Assembly: GCF_018350175.1 (NCBI RefSeq)
Contig: NC_058383.1
Coordinates: 14,634,001 to 14,698,000, forward strand
Direction of reading: 5' to 3'
Source of the DNA: Felis catus
Taxonomy: Eukaryota
DNA length: 64,000 nucleotides
The first letter of the stretch is position 1. Each line of letters opens with the position of its first letter. Positions 12,615 through 24,345 of this stretch are shown here, piece after piece. A program made the translations under genes and the position numbers. A model generated the notes under the pieces. The model did not search any database. It was not told the DNA's origin and saw nothing but the letters and a program-made list of their open reading frames with translations.

Positions 12615-12986
12615 TGTGGCATCCCCCAGTATGGTCTTCGTGTCCTCGGGAGAGTCTTATACTCTCCTACTCCATTTCTACCGGGTGTGGTCCTGTCACT
12701 TCCTTGGCCAATGAAATGTGAGCAGGAGTCACATCCGCCGCATCCAATTAAAAGCTCTAAAGGCCACATCATGTGCTCTTTCTCCTCTGCCACGAGAATG
12801 GCATGCCCCATGTGGGGGCTGTTCCTTCCGTCTGGGCCCCAGAACAAGGATAAGGTGGGGAGGATCTGCAGATACCCCACTAAGGAAAAGGAAGAGGAGT
12901 ACGAAATGCCCTTCATTGTTATCAGCCGTAGGCATTTCAGGCTTGTTTGCTAACTGGGCTTAGGTCAATGAGACCAAGATTATACA
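12615..12986 (+). mobile_element. MaLR (MLT1I/J-like) 5' LTR
   Basis: TGT...ACA termini; tcctgtcacttccttggccaatgaaatgtgagcaggagt and ggggctgttccttccgtctgggcccc motifs. Confidence 0.75.
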
Positions 12987-13316
12987 AACCATACAAAACA
13001 TATTTAAAAAATAATACAAAAAATTTCTATTAATACAACCACGCACAGAGGTCAGAGGCTACCGTAACAAACATTCGAAAACACCATGTTCCAGGGCCAA
13101 GGGGTGGGAAATGAGAAAACACGTGATCGGAGACTGGAAAGATAAAGACCCACGGCTGTGATGCAGAAGCATGACACTCGGTTGCGGCATTGCCTGTGAT
13201 GATTTGAAGGACAGGTATATGTGGGAGGAGTTTGTGGCCTTAGGTAATCAGTCTGGGGAACAGCATGGTCGCAACTGGTGGTAACGGACAGGGTGAAACC
13301 AGAAAGAGGTGGGCTC

Positions 13317-14070
13317 CTAACATTAGCAACTCAGGCTACGACAGGTGCCGGCGAGGACGCGGAGAAAGAGGATCCCTTTGGGGGATCCCAGGTGCTGGCG
13401 GGAAGGCAAACTGGTGCAGCCCCTCTGGAAAACAGTATGGAGGCTCCTCAAAATATTAAAAATAGAACCACCCTACGACCCAGCAATTGCACTGCTGGGT
13501 ATTTACCCAAGGGGTAACAGAATGCTGATTCGAAGCGCACGCGCACCCCCGTGTTCCAAGCAGCACTGTCAACAACAGCCAAAGGAAGGAAAGAGCCCAA
13601 ATGTCCATCTACTGATGAATGGATAAAGAAGACGTGGTAGGTATAGACAATGGAATATTATCCGGTGATCAAAAGGAATGAAGTCTTACCATTTGCAACA
13701 ATGTGGATGGACCTAGAGTGTATTGTGTTAAGCAAAAGAAGTCAGCAGAGAAAGACAAATATAAGAGTTCACTCATGTGGCATTTAAGAAACAGAACAGG
13801 TGAACCCAGGGGAAGGCAAGGAAAAACAAGATAAAAACAGAGAGGGACACAAACCGTAAGAGACTCTTAAATACAGAGAACAAACTGAGGGTTGCCAGTG
13901 GGGTGGTGGGTGGGGGGACGGGCTACATGGGTGATGGGCATTAAGGAGAGCACTTGGCGGGATGAGCACGGGGTGTCATATGTAAGTGATGAATCACTGA
14001 ATTCTATTCCTGCAATCATTATTACACTCTATGTTAACTAAATTGAATTTAAATTAAGAAATGCGAAAAA
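13317..14070 (+). mobile_element. Carnivore L1, 5'-truncated (ORF2 C-terminus + 3'UTR)
   Basis: Encodes KLVQPLWKTVWRLLKILKIEPPYDPAIALLGIYP; carnivore 3'UTR; TSD agaaagaggtg(g/a)gctc at 13301-13316 and 14071-14086. Confidence 0.95.
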
Positions 14071-14088
14071 AGAAAGAGGTGAGCTCAG

Positions 14089-14808
14089 AGTGAAATAAGT
14101 CAGAGAGGAAGACAAAAATCATATGATTTCACATATGTATGGAATCTTAAAAAAAAAAACCCAAACAAACATAACAACCCTGAGCTCAAAGATACAGAGA
14201 ACAGATTGCCGATTGCCCGATTTGGTGGGTGGGCGGTAGGTGAATGAGGGAAGGGAATCAAAAGGTACATGCATTCAGTGATGAAATAAATAAATTCTGT
14301 GGGTCTAACATACAGCATGGTGACTGTAGTTAATAACACTGTACTGCATATTTGAAACTAAGAGAGTAGATCTTAAAAGTTCTCATTGCAAGGGAAAGAG
14401 TGTGCAATTACGTGTGAGGAGGGATGTCAATTACATTTATTGTGGGGGCGCCCAGGTGGCTCCGTCGGTTAAGTATCCGGCTCAGGATGTTGGCTCCGGT
14501 CATGATCTCACGGTTTGTGAGTTCGAGCCCTGCAGCAGGCTCTGTGCTGACAGCACGGAGCCTGCTTGAGATTTTCTCTCTCTCTCTCTCTCTCTTGCTC
14601 CCCCCCACCCCTCCCCTGCTCATAATCATTCTCTCTCTCTCAAAATAAAGAAATACACTTAAAAAGATGATTGTGGTGATTATTTTGCAATATATACAAA
14701 TATCCCATCATCATCATACACACAGGAAGCCAATGTAATGTTATATGTCAATTATATCTTAGTTTTTTTAAAAAAGGAAAAACAAAACAAAACAAAACAA
14801 AACAGGAG
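14089..14808 (+). mobile_element. Older L1 3' end (L1MA9-like), split by a CanSINE
   Basis: tgaaataagtcagag...atacagcatggtgactgtagttaataacactgtactgcata...caatgtaatgttatatgtcaattatatct + A-rich tail. Confidence 0.9.
14445..14665 (+). mobile_element. CanSINE nested in L1
   Basis: Consensus head, (CT)n, A tail. Confidence 0.92.
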
Positions 14809-15635
14809 AGAGAGAGATGAGCTCAGGAAAGAACAGGCCAGGAACGGAGACCACTCAGAAATTCCTGGTCTTGCGGAATGGAAAGAAGCAATTGTTTTTC
14901 ATCTTCAACCAAGAAGAGATAAAATTGAGAAATGTTATAAATTACAAAACAAATCAGAGTGGTCCTTATTAAAACCTCTGGAAATGCTAAGTGACTCTCC
15001 AAGGAAATTGGTTATTAGGTTTAGAGAGAGTTATGTCTCAAAATAATTGTGGATGTGGCTATTAGCAAAATACAATTGAAATCAAGATTTAAAAAAAAAA
15101 AAGACGAATTTTTTGAGAGAGCTCTACTGGGCAAGAACCAACTCAAAACATAAAATGATCTTTGGGCTCCCAACCTTTTATGGGCACAAGCCATTAGGAG
15201 AATAAGTGACACAGGCCCCAAAGCAAGGTGTATTCCAAGGCCCTCATCAGGAGGGAAGGAGACTAGTGGAAAAGGGCAGAAGGTCTCCCAGATGGTGAAG
15301 CTGGGAATCATTCTTGACATCATTCAGTGAAATCAAGAGCAGTTTTCAGGAAGCAGAACCAGGATCTAATCAAGGAATATTCCTCACCCCAAAGTCTGTA
15401 CGGCAAGATTTTAGAATTGCTCTAAGCTTTTGACTGCTATGTGTCTTCCACTGTTTTCTTCTTTCTTTCTGGATGGGATTGTTTTGGGTGGTTAACCCGA
15501 GTCTGTTCCACCCTTATATGTTGAGTGTGTTGGGGGCGAGGGGAGAGGGATTTGTTTTTTTAATCCATATGTCTCCAGATCAGGAGGAACCATACCCAGA
15601 TTTAGTGTATATCATCAGGGTCTAGATCTTGAGTC

Positions 15636-15830
15636 CTTTTGTTCATTTATTTTATTTATTGAGAGACAGAGACGGGCAGAGAGAGAGGGAGAGGGAGAGA
15701 GAATCCCAAGCAGACTCCACACTGTCAGTGCAGAGACTGATGTGGGGCTTGATCCCACAAACTTTCAGATCGTGACTTGAGCCGAAATCCAGAGTCGAAC
15801 GCTTAACCAACTGAGCCACTCAGCTGCCCT
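15636..15830 (-). mobile_element. CanSINE
   Basis: TSD tagatcttgagtc at 15623-15635 and 15831-15843. Confidence 0.93.
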
Positions 15831-15951
15831 TAGATCTTGAGTCTTACGTATTGCAATTGGATGGGGTTTTTGAGTGTTTCTCTTGGGTAGGGATGAGTCT
15901 ATTTTGTGGCTAAAGGGAGGAAAATGAATATTTGTGAGCAAGGGTGTGGGC

Positions 15952-16310
15952 TGTAACAGGTTTTATTGTTTCTAATGATTTTTCCCCCTCCCTGTGAGAG
16001 GATCATATCTCCCTGCCCATTGGCCCATTGAAGTCAGGCTTGGGCTAGTTAAATGCCAGTGAAAGCCATATATGAAAGTGATGGGTGTCCAAAGAGAAGT
16101 CTCAAAGCCGTCTTGTGTTCTGCTATTTCTTTTTTCCTTGTCACAAAAACACTTGTACCAAGTAGGGGCTGGTCCTGCACCGTGGCTCCTGGAATGAATA
16201 CGATGTGCAGCTAACCCACAAAGGGCAGGCGATTTGAGAGAAATAAACCCTTATGTTGGCTACTAAGACTTTGGGGTCTCTGCAGTATAACTCACCCAAG
16301 AATGCATACA
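15952..16310 (+). mobile_element. MaLR (MLT1I/J-like) 3' LTR
   Basis: TGT...ACA termini; ggggctggtcctgcaccgtggctcctggaatga; gagagaaataaacccttatgt poly(A) signal; similar length and layout to 12615-12986. Confidence 0.75.
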
Positions 16311-17288
16311 GAAATGTTTTAATTTAATGTGGATCACGGTGAAAGAAAGTTCTCGACCTTTTTCTTTCCCGGCTTTCTTGGTAAAGCAGTCATTACCTTG
16401 CTTGAAATATGCCTTTCTTCTAACAAATGAAAGGGGGTTTGAAATTTGCCGGAAATCGAAATGATTTAAATCTAAATGATCTGAATCGAAATGACTCAAG
16501 TTTGCCGGAAATCGAAATGACTCAAGTTCAAAGCCGTTTATATAAGTAAGAACAACTGAGGTGGGTGTGTAAAGTGGATTTGTTTGCTGCATCACAGTTT
16601 AGTGACTATGGAGTGAATTATGAGATGCACCTAGGGTTGACTCGCGGTCTAAAGTGTCCTTTAGATTTGATAGGGGAGCATGTGGTTGCTAGTCTGGGTG
16701 CTCCCAGAAGGTTGGCGAGATGCAGGAGGAGGGTGATGGACGTCCCAGATGAGAAAATTTGGGCACGCCATCCGCCGTGCCGCGATCAGAGACTGAGAGT
16801 GACAAAATCAAAGAGACTCTGAGAAAATGAGTAAGAATTTCCTGGAAGGCCAGAGGAAGGACCGGAGGAGCCGGAGAAATCCAGCTGAGACTCTGCTGAA
16901 AATCAGAAATTAGGTGAAAAGAATCAGCCAGAGTCTGACAAAGTCAAGGCAAGATGCAGATTCCAGAAATCTCTATTTTCCTTTCATTCACCTATCTGGG
17001 TCATCTTTTAATAATAGGATACTAATATTTAAACAAAATTAATTAAGTAGGATTCCAAGTTTCCTATGTTGTCAGAATAGATCTCTTTTGCAAGTTTGAA
17101 AGGCATCACTGTCAAACATGATGCCAACAAGGATTCCTTCCAAGATCATCAGTCCCTGAGCTTTTTAATTTTACTTGAGTCAATTTTGGAATGATGTGCT
17201 TTTTTTTTTTTTTTTTCCAGAAAACCGGCCAAAAGATCAGCAGGCAACTATACTCAATAGTGCCGCAGTTTTAAGTTTCTCTCAGTAC

Positions 17289-17505
17289 TTTTTAAGAAAT
17301 TTTTTAAAACATTTGTTTCTTTTTGAGAGACAGTGAAACAGAGCACGAGCAGGGGAGGGGCAGAGAGAGAGAGGGAGACACAGAACCCGAAGCAGGCTCC
17401 GGGCTTTCGGCACAGAACCCGACGTGGGGCTCGAACCCACGAACGATGAAATCATGACCCGAGCCGAAGTCAGATGCCTAACCAACTGAGCCACCAGGGT
17501 GCCCC
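17289..17505 (-). mobile_element. CanSINE
   Basis: Consensus; TSD tctcag(t/g)actt. Confidence 0.93.
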
Positions 17506-18369
17506 TCTCAGGACTTCTTACGTCCTATTGTTTACTTACAATCCTACTTGTGTTTCTTTCTCCTGGGTTTGGTTTTTGTTGTTTCATTCTGGTTTTACTA
17601 GATCGTGGCTAAAGAATGCAGCCGGTACATCTGTTCTTTTTCAGAAACATAAGGAGTTTTCTATTATGATATCTCTGCAGGGTCAATCGCACAATCATAT
17701 TTATCTCCATTAATTATATTACGTAGCCTTACAATTCTAATCTGCTATCTCCTATAACCTTATTTTCTGGGGACTACTTGATTTGTCAAAGACCGTAAGT
17801 AACACATTAAAGTCTGTGAAGGGAGTTATATCTCCAAGTCCTAATATTTCTTAAATGAGGCCATTCCTTAGTGCAGAAAGATTGATTTCCTAACCCAACA
17901 AGTAGTTATTGAGGCTGACTCGATGCCAGACTCTGATGGAGATGCAAAGGTGAACAGGACATGAATCTTGCTCTCAAAAGACAAGCCAATAAGTAATTTT
18001 AATCCAGTGTGTTGTTAGCCACGCCAGGGGAAGCACATGATGGCTTAGGAACCCCTGGGAAAGGCAGCGGGTTCTAGAGGGCTTTCTGGAGGACGGGGCT
18101 GCAACCGGAGACCTACAGACGTTTGCTGGGTGAGTGGGCTTGGGAGACAGGCAAAGGGAAGCCATGTTGGCCACACGTCACGGCTCTACCAAGACCTAGG
18201 GTGTGAAAGCTGACATAGTCCTTGAATGGCCATAGGTTGAGGTCTTCTGGGGTCTGGGAGCAGGAGACAGTGGTGGAGGATGCAGGGAGAGCCGTGGGGA
18301 GGGTGCTAATCAGTGAAGGTCTTGTGTGCTCCAGTGAGGGACTTGGTTGCTTTTTGTTTGTTTTCACTT

Positions 18370-18815
18370 TTTTGTTCTTATTGTGGTAAAATATACATAA
18401 GGCACAAATTTACCATTTCATCCATTTTCAAGTATACAATTCTGTGACATGAAGTACATTCCCATCATTGTGTAGTCATTACTACCAGCCATCTCCAGAA
18501 CTTTTCCCATGTTCCTCAGCTGGAACCCCATGTCATGAAATGCCATCTCTCCATTGTCCCTCTCTGCTCCACCCCCACCCCCCCCCCCCGCCCCTGGGAC
18601 CCACCATTCTACTTTCCGTAGAGAGTCTAACATGCGGGGCTCAACAGTCGGTTGAGCATCCAACTCTTGATTTTGGCTCAGGTCATGATCTCAGGGTCGT
18701 GGGATCAAGCCCCACGTTGGGCTCTGTGCTGAGTGTGGAGCCTGCTTAACATTCTCTCTCTCCTGCTCTCTCTGTCCCTCCCCTGCCTGTGCTCTCCCTC
18801 TCAAAAGAAAGAAAG

Positions 18816-18864
<49 letters not shown>

Positions 18865-19160
18865 AAGAAACAGAGAGAGAGAGAGAGAGAGAAAGAAAGG
18901 TAGGAAGGAAGAAAGGAAGGACGGAAGGAAGAAAAAAGAAAGAAAAGAAAAAGTCTAACAGGAGTCTAATACCTCATAGAAGTAGAATCATACAGTCTCG
19001 TCTTTTTATGGCTACCTAATTTCACTTGGGTTTATCCACGCTGCTGTGGGCCTGCAAATATCTGATCTTGCCCCTGCTCTCAGTTTTCTTGGGTATATGC
19101 CACCCAGAAGCAAAAGTGCTGAATCATATGGTAATTCTAGGTTTAATGTTTTAAGGAATG
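18370..19160 (-). mobile_element. L1MB-like 3' end, split by a CanSINE
   Basis: ttattgtggtaaaatatacataa...tttcaagtatacaattctgtgacat...ccatctccagaacttttcc; gctgaatcatatggtaattctaggtttaatgttttaaggaa. Confidence 0.85.
18636..18950 (+). mobile_element. CanSINE with expanded (GA)n/(GGAA)n tail
   Basis: TSD agtctaaca at ~18624 and ~18952. Confidence 0.9.
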
Positions 19161-20106
19161 GAGGTTGGCTTTTATCTTTTGGGTAGAATGGGGTGCCATT
19201 CAAAGATTTTCGCCAGGGAAATTACTTCCTCAGGTTTGGGCTTGAGAAAAATTCTCCTCCGTGGACAAGGGGCAAGAGGACCAGACAAGAGACTATTAAA
19301 GCAACAGCTTTAGAAAGCATGGCGGTCTTCACATAACTTCCCAGGCCCAGGAGGGAGCCGTTCCTGCCCGAGGTGCCACATCAGCACACCAAAGCTTAGA
19401 TAACTGTTGTGTCCTTGTAAATGCTCCTCTCCACCAGAAGCATCCAGTGAGTCGATTCCCAAACACCAAGCCAGCGCTGGGCCTCCTCGCCCCAACACAA
19501 GGAAGACCGTGGGGCCCCAGCCAATCAGATATTTTCTCTTTGTCTCATCCTTATTCTTTATTCCTCATCCTGTAAAAGCCTCCGGCCTTCCGCCCCACTT
19601 TGCAGTTCTCCGAATGCAAACTGTCCGCTTCACGAAGTGTAAAAGTTTGCTTTTATCACCCAAGTTGTCTTCTTCGATCCCTCTTTAGCAGCGGGCCGTG
19701 GTGACAGAATCGCAAACCATGCAAGAGCGTGATGGGCAGGACTCAATGATTCATTGTGTGTGGAGTGTGAAGGAGAATGAGCCAATCAGGATGACGCCCG
19801 TGCTTTATGTTCAGCCGGATGGGGACACAGAAAGAAGGAGCCTAGAGAGAAAGGTGGCCAACTGAATTCTGGATGTGAGCATCGGAGGTTCCTGAGGGAC
19901 AGCCCAACGAATAGCCCGAGGGGATAGCTAGATATGGGCTAATGATACAGCTTTGAAAGTCACTTGCCTACAGATGATAATAAAAGTCATCAGAAAGGAT
20001 GTCAACACCCGGGAAGAGGGTATGGAGTGTGAAAAAGCCCAGGAAAGGCACTGGGAGGACATCAAGATAAACAGGTTACAGCCTCCATCCATTACAGAAT
20101 GGGCAG

Positions 20107-21000
20107 TGACACTGTGATTTGTAATAAATGTATATTTTGGTCTTCCATTTTTTTGTTCCTGGTTCCTCGCTCACAGCGCCCAAAACCCTTGGAATCTCCA
20201 AAGTGATAAGAGCAACGGAAGCATCTTTTGGTAAAATATTTGGTCTCTGGTCCTCAGTTCCTGCAATTGCCTTTGGCCATAAGTGGGGGTCTGGTTATTC
20301 CCAAGCCCCTTTCAACTCCAACTGGGTTTATGTTAATGAGGTGACTTTTGGAAGTCTCTGTAAGACGGGGGAGCAGGTGGCCAAGGGAACCAATCCTGCA
20401 CAGATGGTTTGTAACTTTCAGTTCCACCCCCGGATTTCCAGGGAGGAGAGGGGCTGGAGGTTGACTCAGTCACCAGTGTCCAATGTTTTTGAATCAATTG
20501 TGCCTAGATGGTGAAGCCTCCATAAAAACCCAAAAGGAAGGGATTTTAGAGAGCTTCTAGGTTAGTGACACTTCCCTGTGCCATTGGGTCAGGACCCAAA
20601 CTCCATGAGGACATCAGTTCCTTTGTTTGGGATCTCACCCTATGTATCTCTTTATCTGGCCATTGATTTGTATCCTTCGGTATCCTTTGCGATAAACCAG
20701 GAGTCTAGTGAGTAAACTGGTTTTCTGAGTTCTGTGAATTAACAGAACCCAAAGGAAGCGTGTCCCAGGGACTTTTGATTCATAGCCTGCCAGTCAGAAG
20801 GACGGGTAACGACCTGGATTTGCAATTGGCAACTCAAGTGGAGGGCAGTCTCGCGGGATTGAGCCCTTAGCTTCCGGAATCTGATACTGTCTCCAGGTAC
20901 ATGGTCAGAATTGAATTGAATTGAATTACAGAACCCCCAGCTGGTGTTGGAGAATTGCTTGGTAGTGTGAGGAAAAAACACACTGGGATTGGGTACAGGA
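20107..21000 (+). mobile_element. MER21-like LTR
   Basis: tgtgatttgtaataaatgtatattttggtc...cacagcgcccaaaacccttggaatctcc; gtgagtaaactggttttctgagttctgtga; cagaattgaattgaattg. Confidence 0.8.
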
Positions 21001-21059
21001 CTGCAGTATACCTTTAATCAATACACACAATCAGTCATTAAAAACTTATGCAAGTGCCA

Positions 21060-21335
21060 AAAAGAGACTAATAAAACAACAACAACAACAACAACAACCC
21101 ACCTCAGACTCTTAAATATGGAGAGAACAAACTGATGGTTGCCAGGGGGGAGGTGGGTGGGGGATGGGTGGAATAGGTAAAGGGGATTAAGGAGTGTGTT
21201 CGTCATGATGAGCACTGAGTCATGTATAGAACTGTTGAATCACTATATTGTACATCTGCACCTAATATAACACTGCATGTTAATTATGCTGGAATTAAAG
21301 AAATAAAAATTTAAAACCAAAACCAAAACCAAAAG
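21060..21335 (+). mobile_element. Carnivore L1 3'UTR fragment
   Basis: agactcttaaatatggagagaacaaactgatggttgccagggg...gaatcactatattgtacatctg. Confidence 0.88.
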
Positions 21336-21564
21336 CTAGGAGCCTAAAGTTTCCAGATATATCAAATTATTTTTCAAATCACCTGTGGTGTCAAATGATA
21401 CTAAATTTATCAGGCATATGTTATCCAAAAATAATTCAAAAAAAAAAAATTAAGTGCCTTCTATATGAAAAAAAAAATGTTTTCACATCAATATTGCTGT
21501 ACCGGTTTTCTTTTGGAATCGATTTTCTGCTAAATCTTTGTCTCCTTTTAGGTTCTTTTTAAAA

Positions 21565-21681
21565 CAAAAAGTTTATTTATTTTAAGAGAGAGAGTGCATG
21601 AGTGGAGGAGACAAGAGAGCTAGAGAGAGAGCTAGAGCGAGGGAGAGGGAGAATCCCAGGAAGGCTCCATGTTCTCAGCAT
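21565..21681 (-). mobile_element. CanSINE 3' half (head missing)
   Basis: T-rich tail, (GA)n, gaatcccaggaaggctccatg. Confidence 0.75.
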
Positions 21682-21684
21682 GGA

Positions 21685-21703
21685 TTTTTTAAAAATGTTT
21701 ATT

Positions 21704-21738
<35 letters not shown>

Positions 21739-21912
21739 AGGGGAGGGGCAGAGAGAGAGAGAGAGAGAGAGAGCGAGACACAGAATCCAAAGCAGGCTCC
21801 AGGCTCTGACCTGTCAGAAGAGAACCCGACGCGGGGCTCAAACTCACGAACTGGGAGATCATGACCTAAGCCAAAGTCAGATGCTTAACCGACTGAGCCA
21901 CCCAGGTGCCCC
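21685..21912 (-). mobile_element. CanSINE
   Basis: Full consensus flanked by ggattt...aaaaa on both sides. Confidence 0.93.
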
Positions 21913-22879
21913 GGATTTAAAAAAAAAAAAAATCTAACCTGAAAAAAAAATTAAAAAAAAAAAATCCAACCTGAGATTCTTTGCTTTTCAATGGTGAAGG
22001 CTAATTCCATTTTTATATTGTAATAAACATGTTTGGCTGGACTTTTATTTCATCCTCTGCTTTCTCTACGGTTTCCTTGCTTTTTGTCTTTTGCAAAACA
22101 TAAAAAATAAAATAAAACCCCAAACCTATAGTTGTTCTGTTTTGATTATAGCGGTGGATATCTTTCTATTTATCAAATGCATTGCTTAGGCCATGATTTC
22201 TTATATTATCAAATTCAAGAAATTAAATTGCGTTTTCTCATCTTTGCTTGCATATGATAAGAAAGTTTATAATACCTTTATTTCTGACCTCTTATCCACC
22301 ACTTTATAGCCTTGCTAAGTTTAATTGGAAATTTACTGTGACACATTTCCTACCATGTGCATTTTTCTAGAATAGTATTTGGCTTCTGCATTTAATTTTA
22401 CAACAAAATTTATAACAGCTTTCTGCTACCTCATTGTATTTAATTGATTTCCATGCTTGTTTCCATTTTTCTACGACTGTCCCAACGCTGAGTACCTGAC
22501 TTTCATCCAAATATCTGCTAAGAGAATTTTTGAAACTAGTTTGATAATGAAGCATTTGTGAACACTGCCTTTTCTGAGTTCTTATAATCTGATACTTTGC
22601 TCCCACCATCTCCTATGACAGAAAACTCAGCTTGGTATAAAATTCTAGAATCCCACAAATCTCCTCAAAGCGCCCTCGGAACTTCTCCAGACCTTCTATT
22701 GTTTAATGTGAGGGAGGAGCAAAGAGGTCAGATAGTGGCTTGCGTTTTTACTTGGATGATCATTTCTTTCTTCTTCCTGGACTCTAGTGGGAATATTGCA
22801 TTATGACATTTGAAAAATGTTTTCCATGCTGTGTTGTTATATGATTTGTATTTATTTATATCTTTAAGATTTTATTTTT

Positions 22880-23034
22880 TAATTATTATTATTATCATTT
22901 TTTTTTTTGAGAGAGAGAGAGAGAATCTCAGGCAGGCTCAATGCTCAGCCCAACGTGGGTCTTGATCCCACAACCCTGGGATTATGACCTGCACTGAAAT
23001 CAAGAGTCTGACGCTCAAGTGACCCAGGCGCCCC
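22880..23034 (-). mobile_element. CanSINE inserted in the tail of a short SINE
   Basis: TSD taagattttattttt at 22865-22879 and 23035-23049. Confidence 0.88.
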
Positions 23035-23139
23035 TAAGATTTTATTTTTAACTAATCTCTGCACCCAACGTGGGGCTCAAACTCACAACCCCAAGATCAA
23101 GAGTCATAGCCTCCACCAACTGAGCCAGCCAGATGCCCC
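23035..23139 (-). mobile_element. Short tRNA-like carnivore SINE lacking the (CT)n segment
   Basis: Reverse complement ggggcatctggctggctcagttggtggaggctatgactcttgatcttggggttgtgagtttgagccccacgttgggtgcagagattagttaaaaataaaatctt. Confidence 0.85.
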
Positions 23140-23934
23140 AAATTACACGTTTGACATTGATCTGGGCTGGGGTTTTGCGAGGGGTGTTTCATATTTACAC
23201 AGATGTCAATTTCTGCCTCCTGCTGTTTCCTGACAAGGACTTTGACTGCTGTCTTTCTCCTGTTCTATGAATAGGTCCCTTCCGGGAACACAAATTGTTC
23301 TAAAGTCTCTCCCCATTGTTTCTGTACTTTTCACCTCCTCTCTGATCATTTTCATCTCTTTGCTTTGTATTTCACATCACTGCTTCCCCTCTCCCCCCAT
23401 TGTTAATTCCGCTCCTATGATCCCCGGTTGAAGGTGTTAATTCTGCAGTGTCATTTGATTCCTTCCGCGGTCATTATTTTAGTTCATTCCCTTTGTGCCC
23501 AGACCGTTATTGTTGCTTTTTTTTTTAATCGATCCAACATCTCTTGTGTTGCTTTTAAAGATTAAAATATTAAAGAACATCAAACAGGCATCTTCTACAA
23601 TTCTTCCCTGACGCACTTTGCAGGCACGCTCCTCCTCTCTATGCTTTTCCTTAGGCATGCTGCATTGTAATTAATCCGATGCTACAGTTGCTGGTGATTC
23701 TGTTTACCCATAAATGAATGAGGAAATGTAGGACTTGCAGAAGAGACCAGGTGGGATGTCTCAGTGACTCAGAGACTCAGTGCCGGGTTGGCTGTGGGAC
23801 CTTTGCTGAGCATCTGCAGCTGTGGGTATCTATGATCTCCCACCTGCAGCTCCTTGGGCCATTCCTCAGCTGCCGCTTTGTGGATGTGTGGATGCAGGTT
23901 ACTCTTGCTCAGGAAGCATGGCGCTCTCTGTCTC

Positions 23935-24106
23935 TTTTAAGTTTGTTTATTTTGAGAAAGAGACAGAGAGTGGAAGAGAGAGAGAATCCAAAGCAGGCTC
24001 CCCGCTGTCGGTGCAGAACACGATGTGGGGCTGGAACTCACAAACTGAGAGATCGTGACTTGAGCCCAAGTCGAAGGTTTGACAGACTGACCCGCTTCGG
24101 GTGCCT
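23935..24106 (-). mobile_element. CanSINE (diverged)
   Basis: tttaagtttgtttattttgaga...gaatccaaagcaggctcc...gggtgcc. Confidence 0.85.
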
Positions 24107-24154
24107 CAGGAGGCGTGGTTCTCTTCAGGTGGGAAGATCCTGAACTCGTCTAAC

Positions 24155-24345
24155 GCAGAGGCTCTAAAGTGTGTTTCCTGGACCAGCAGCACCAACGGCA
24201 CCCGGGAACTGGTCGGAAACGCAATTCCTTCAGCCCTACCCCGGGCCTCCTGAGTCCGGGATTCTGGGGGACGGAATCCGGCAACCTGTATCCAACAAGA
24301 CTGCAGGGGATTCCCTCGCTCACTTGACTTTGTACCAATAGACAT
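24155..24345. mobile_element. MER5-like hAT DNA transposon remnant
   Basis: ctctaaagtgtgtttcctggaccagcagcaccaacggcacccgggaactggtcggaaacgcaatt...gcaacctgtatccaacaag. Confidence 0.75.

Larger units (their letters stand above)
12987..15951 (+). mobile_element. MaLR internal region (MLT1-int), interrupted by two L1s and two SINEs
   Basis: gtgatcggagactggaaagataaagaccca resembles the MaLR-int IGNWRKGDP segment; purine-rich atgaatatttgtgagcaagggtgtgggc immediately before the second LTR. Confidence 0.6.
17895..20085 (-). mobile_element. Fragmented L2, interrupted by L1 and SINE
   Basis: caacaagtagttattgaggctgactcgatgccaga (L2 3' end); further L2-like pieces at ~19180-19300 and ~19700-20085. Confidence 0.6.
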
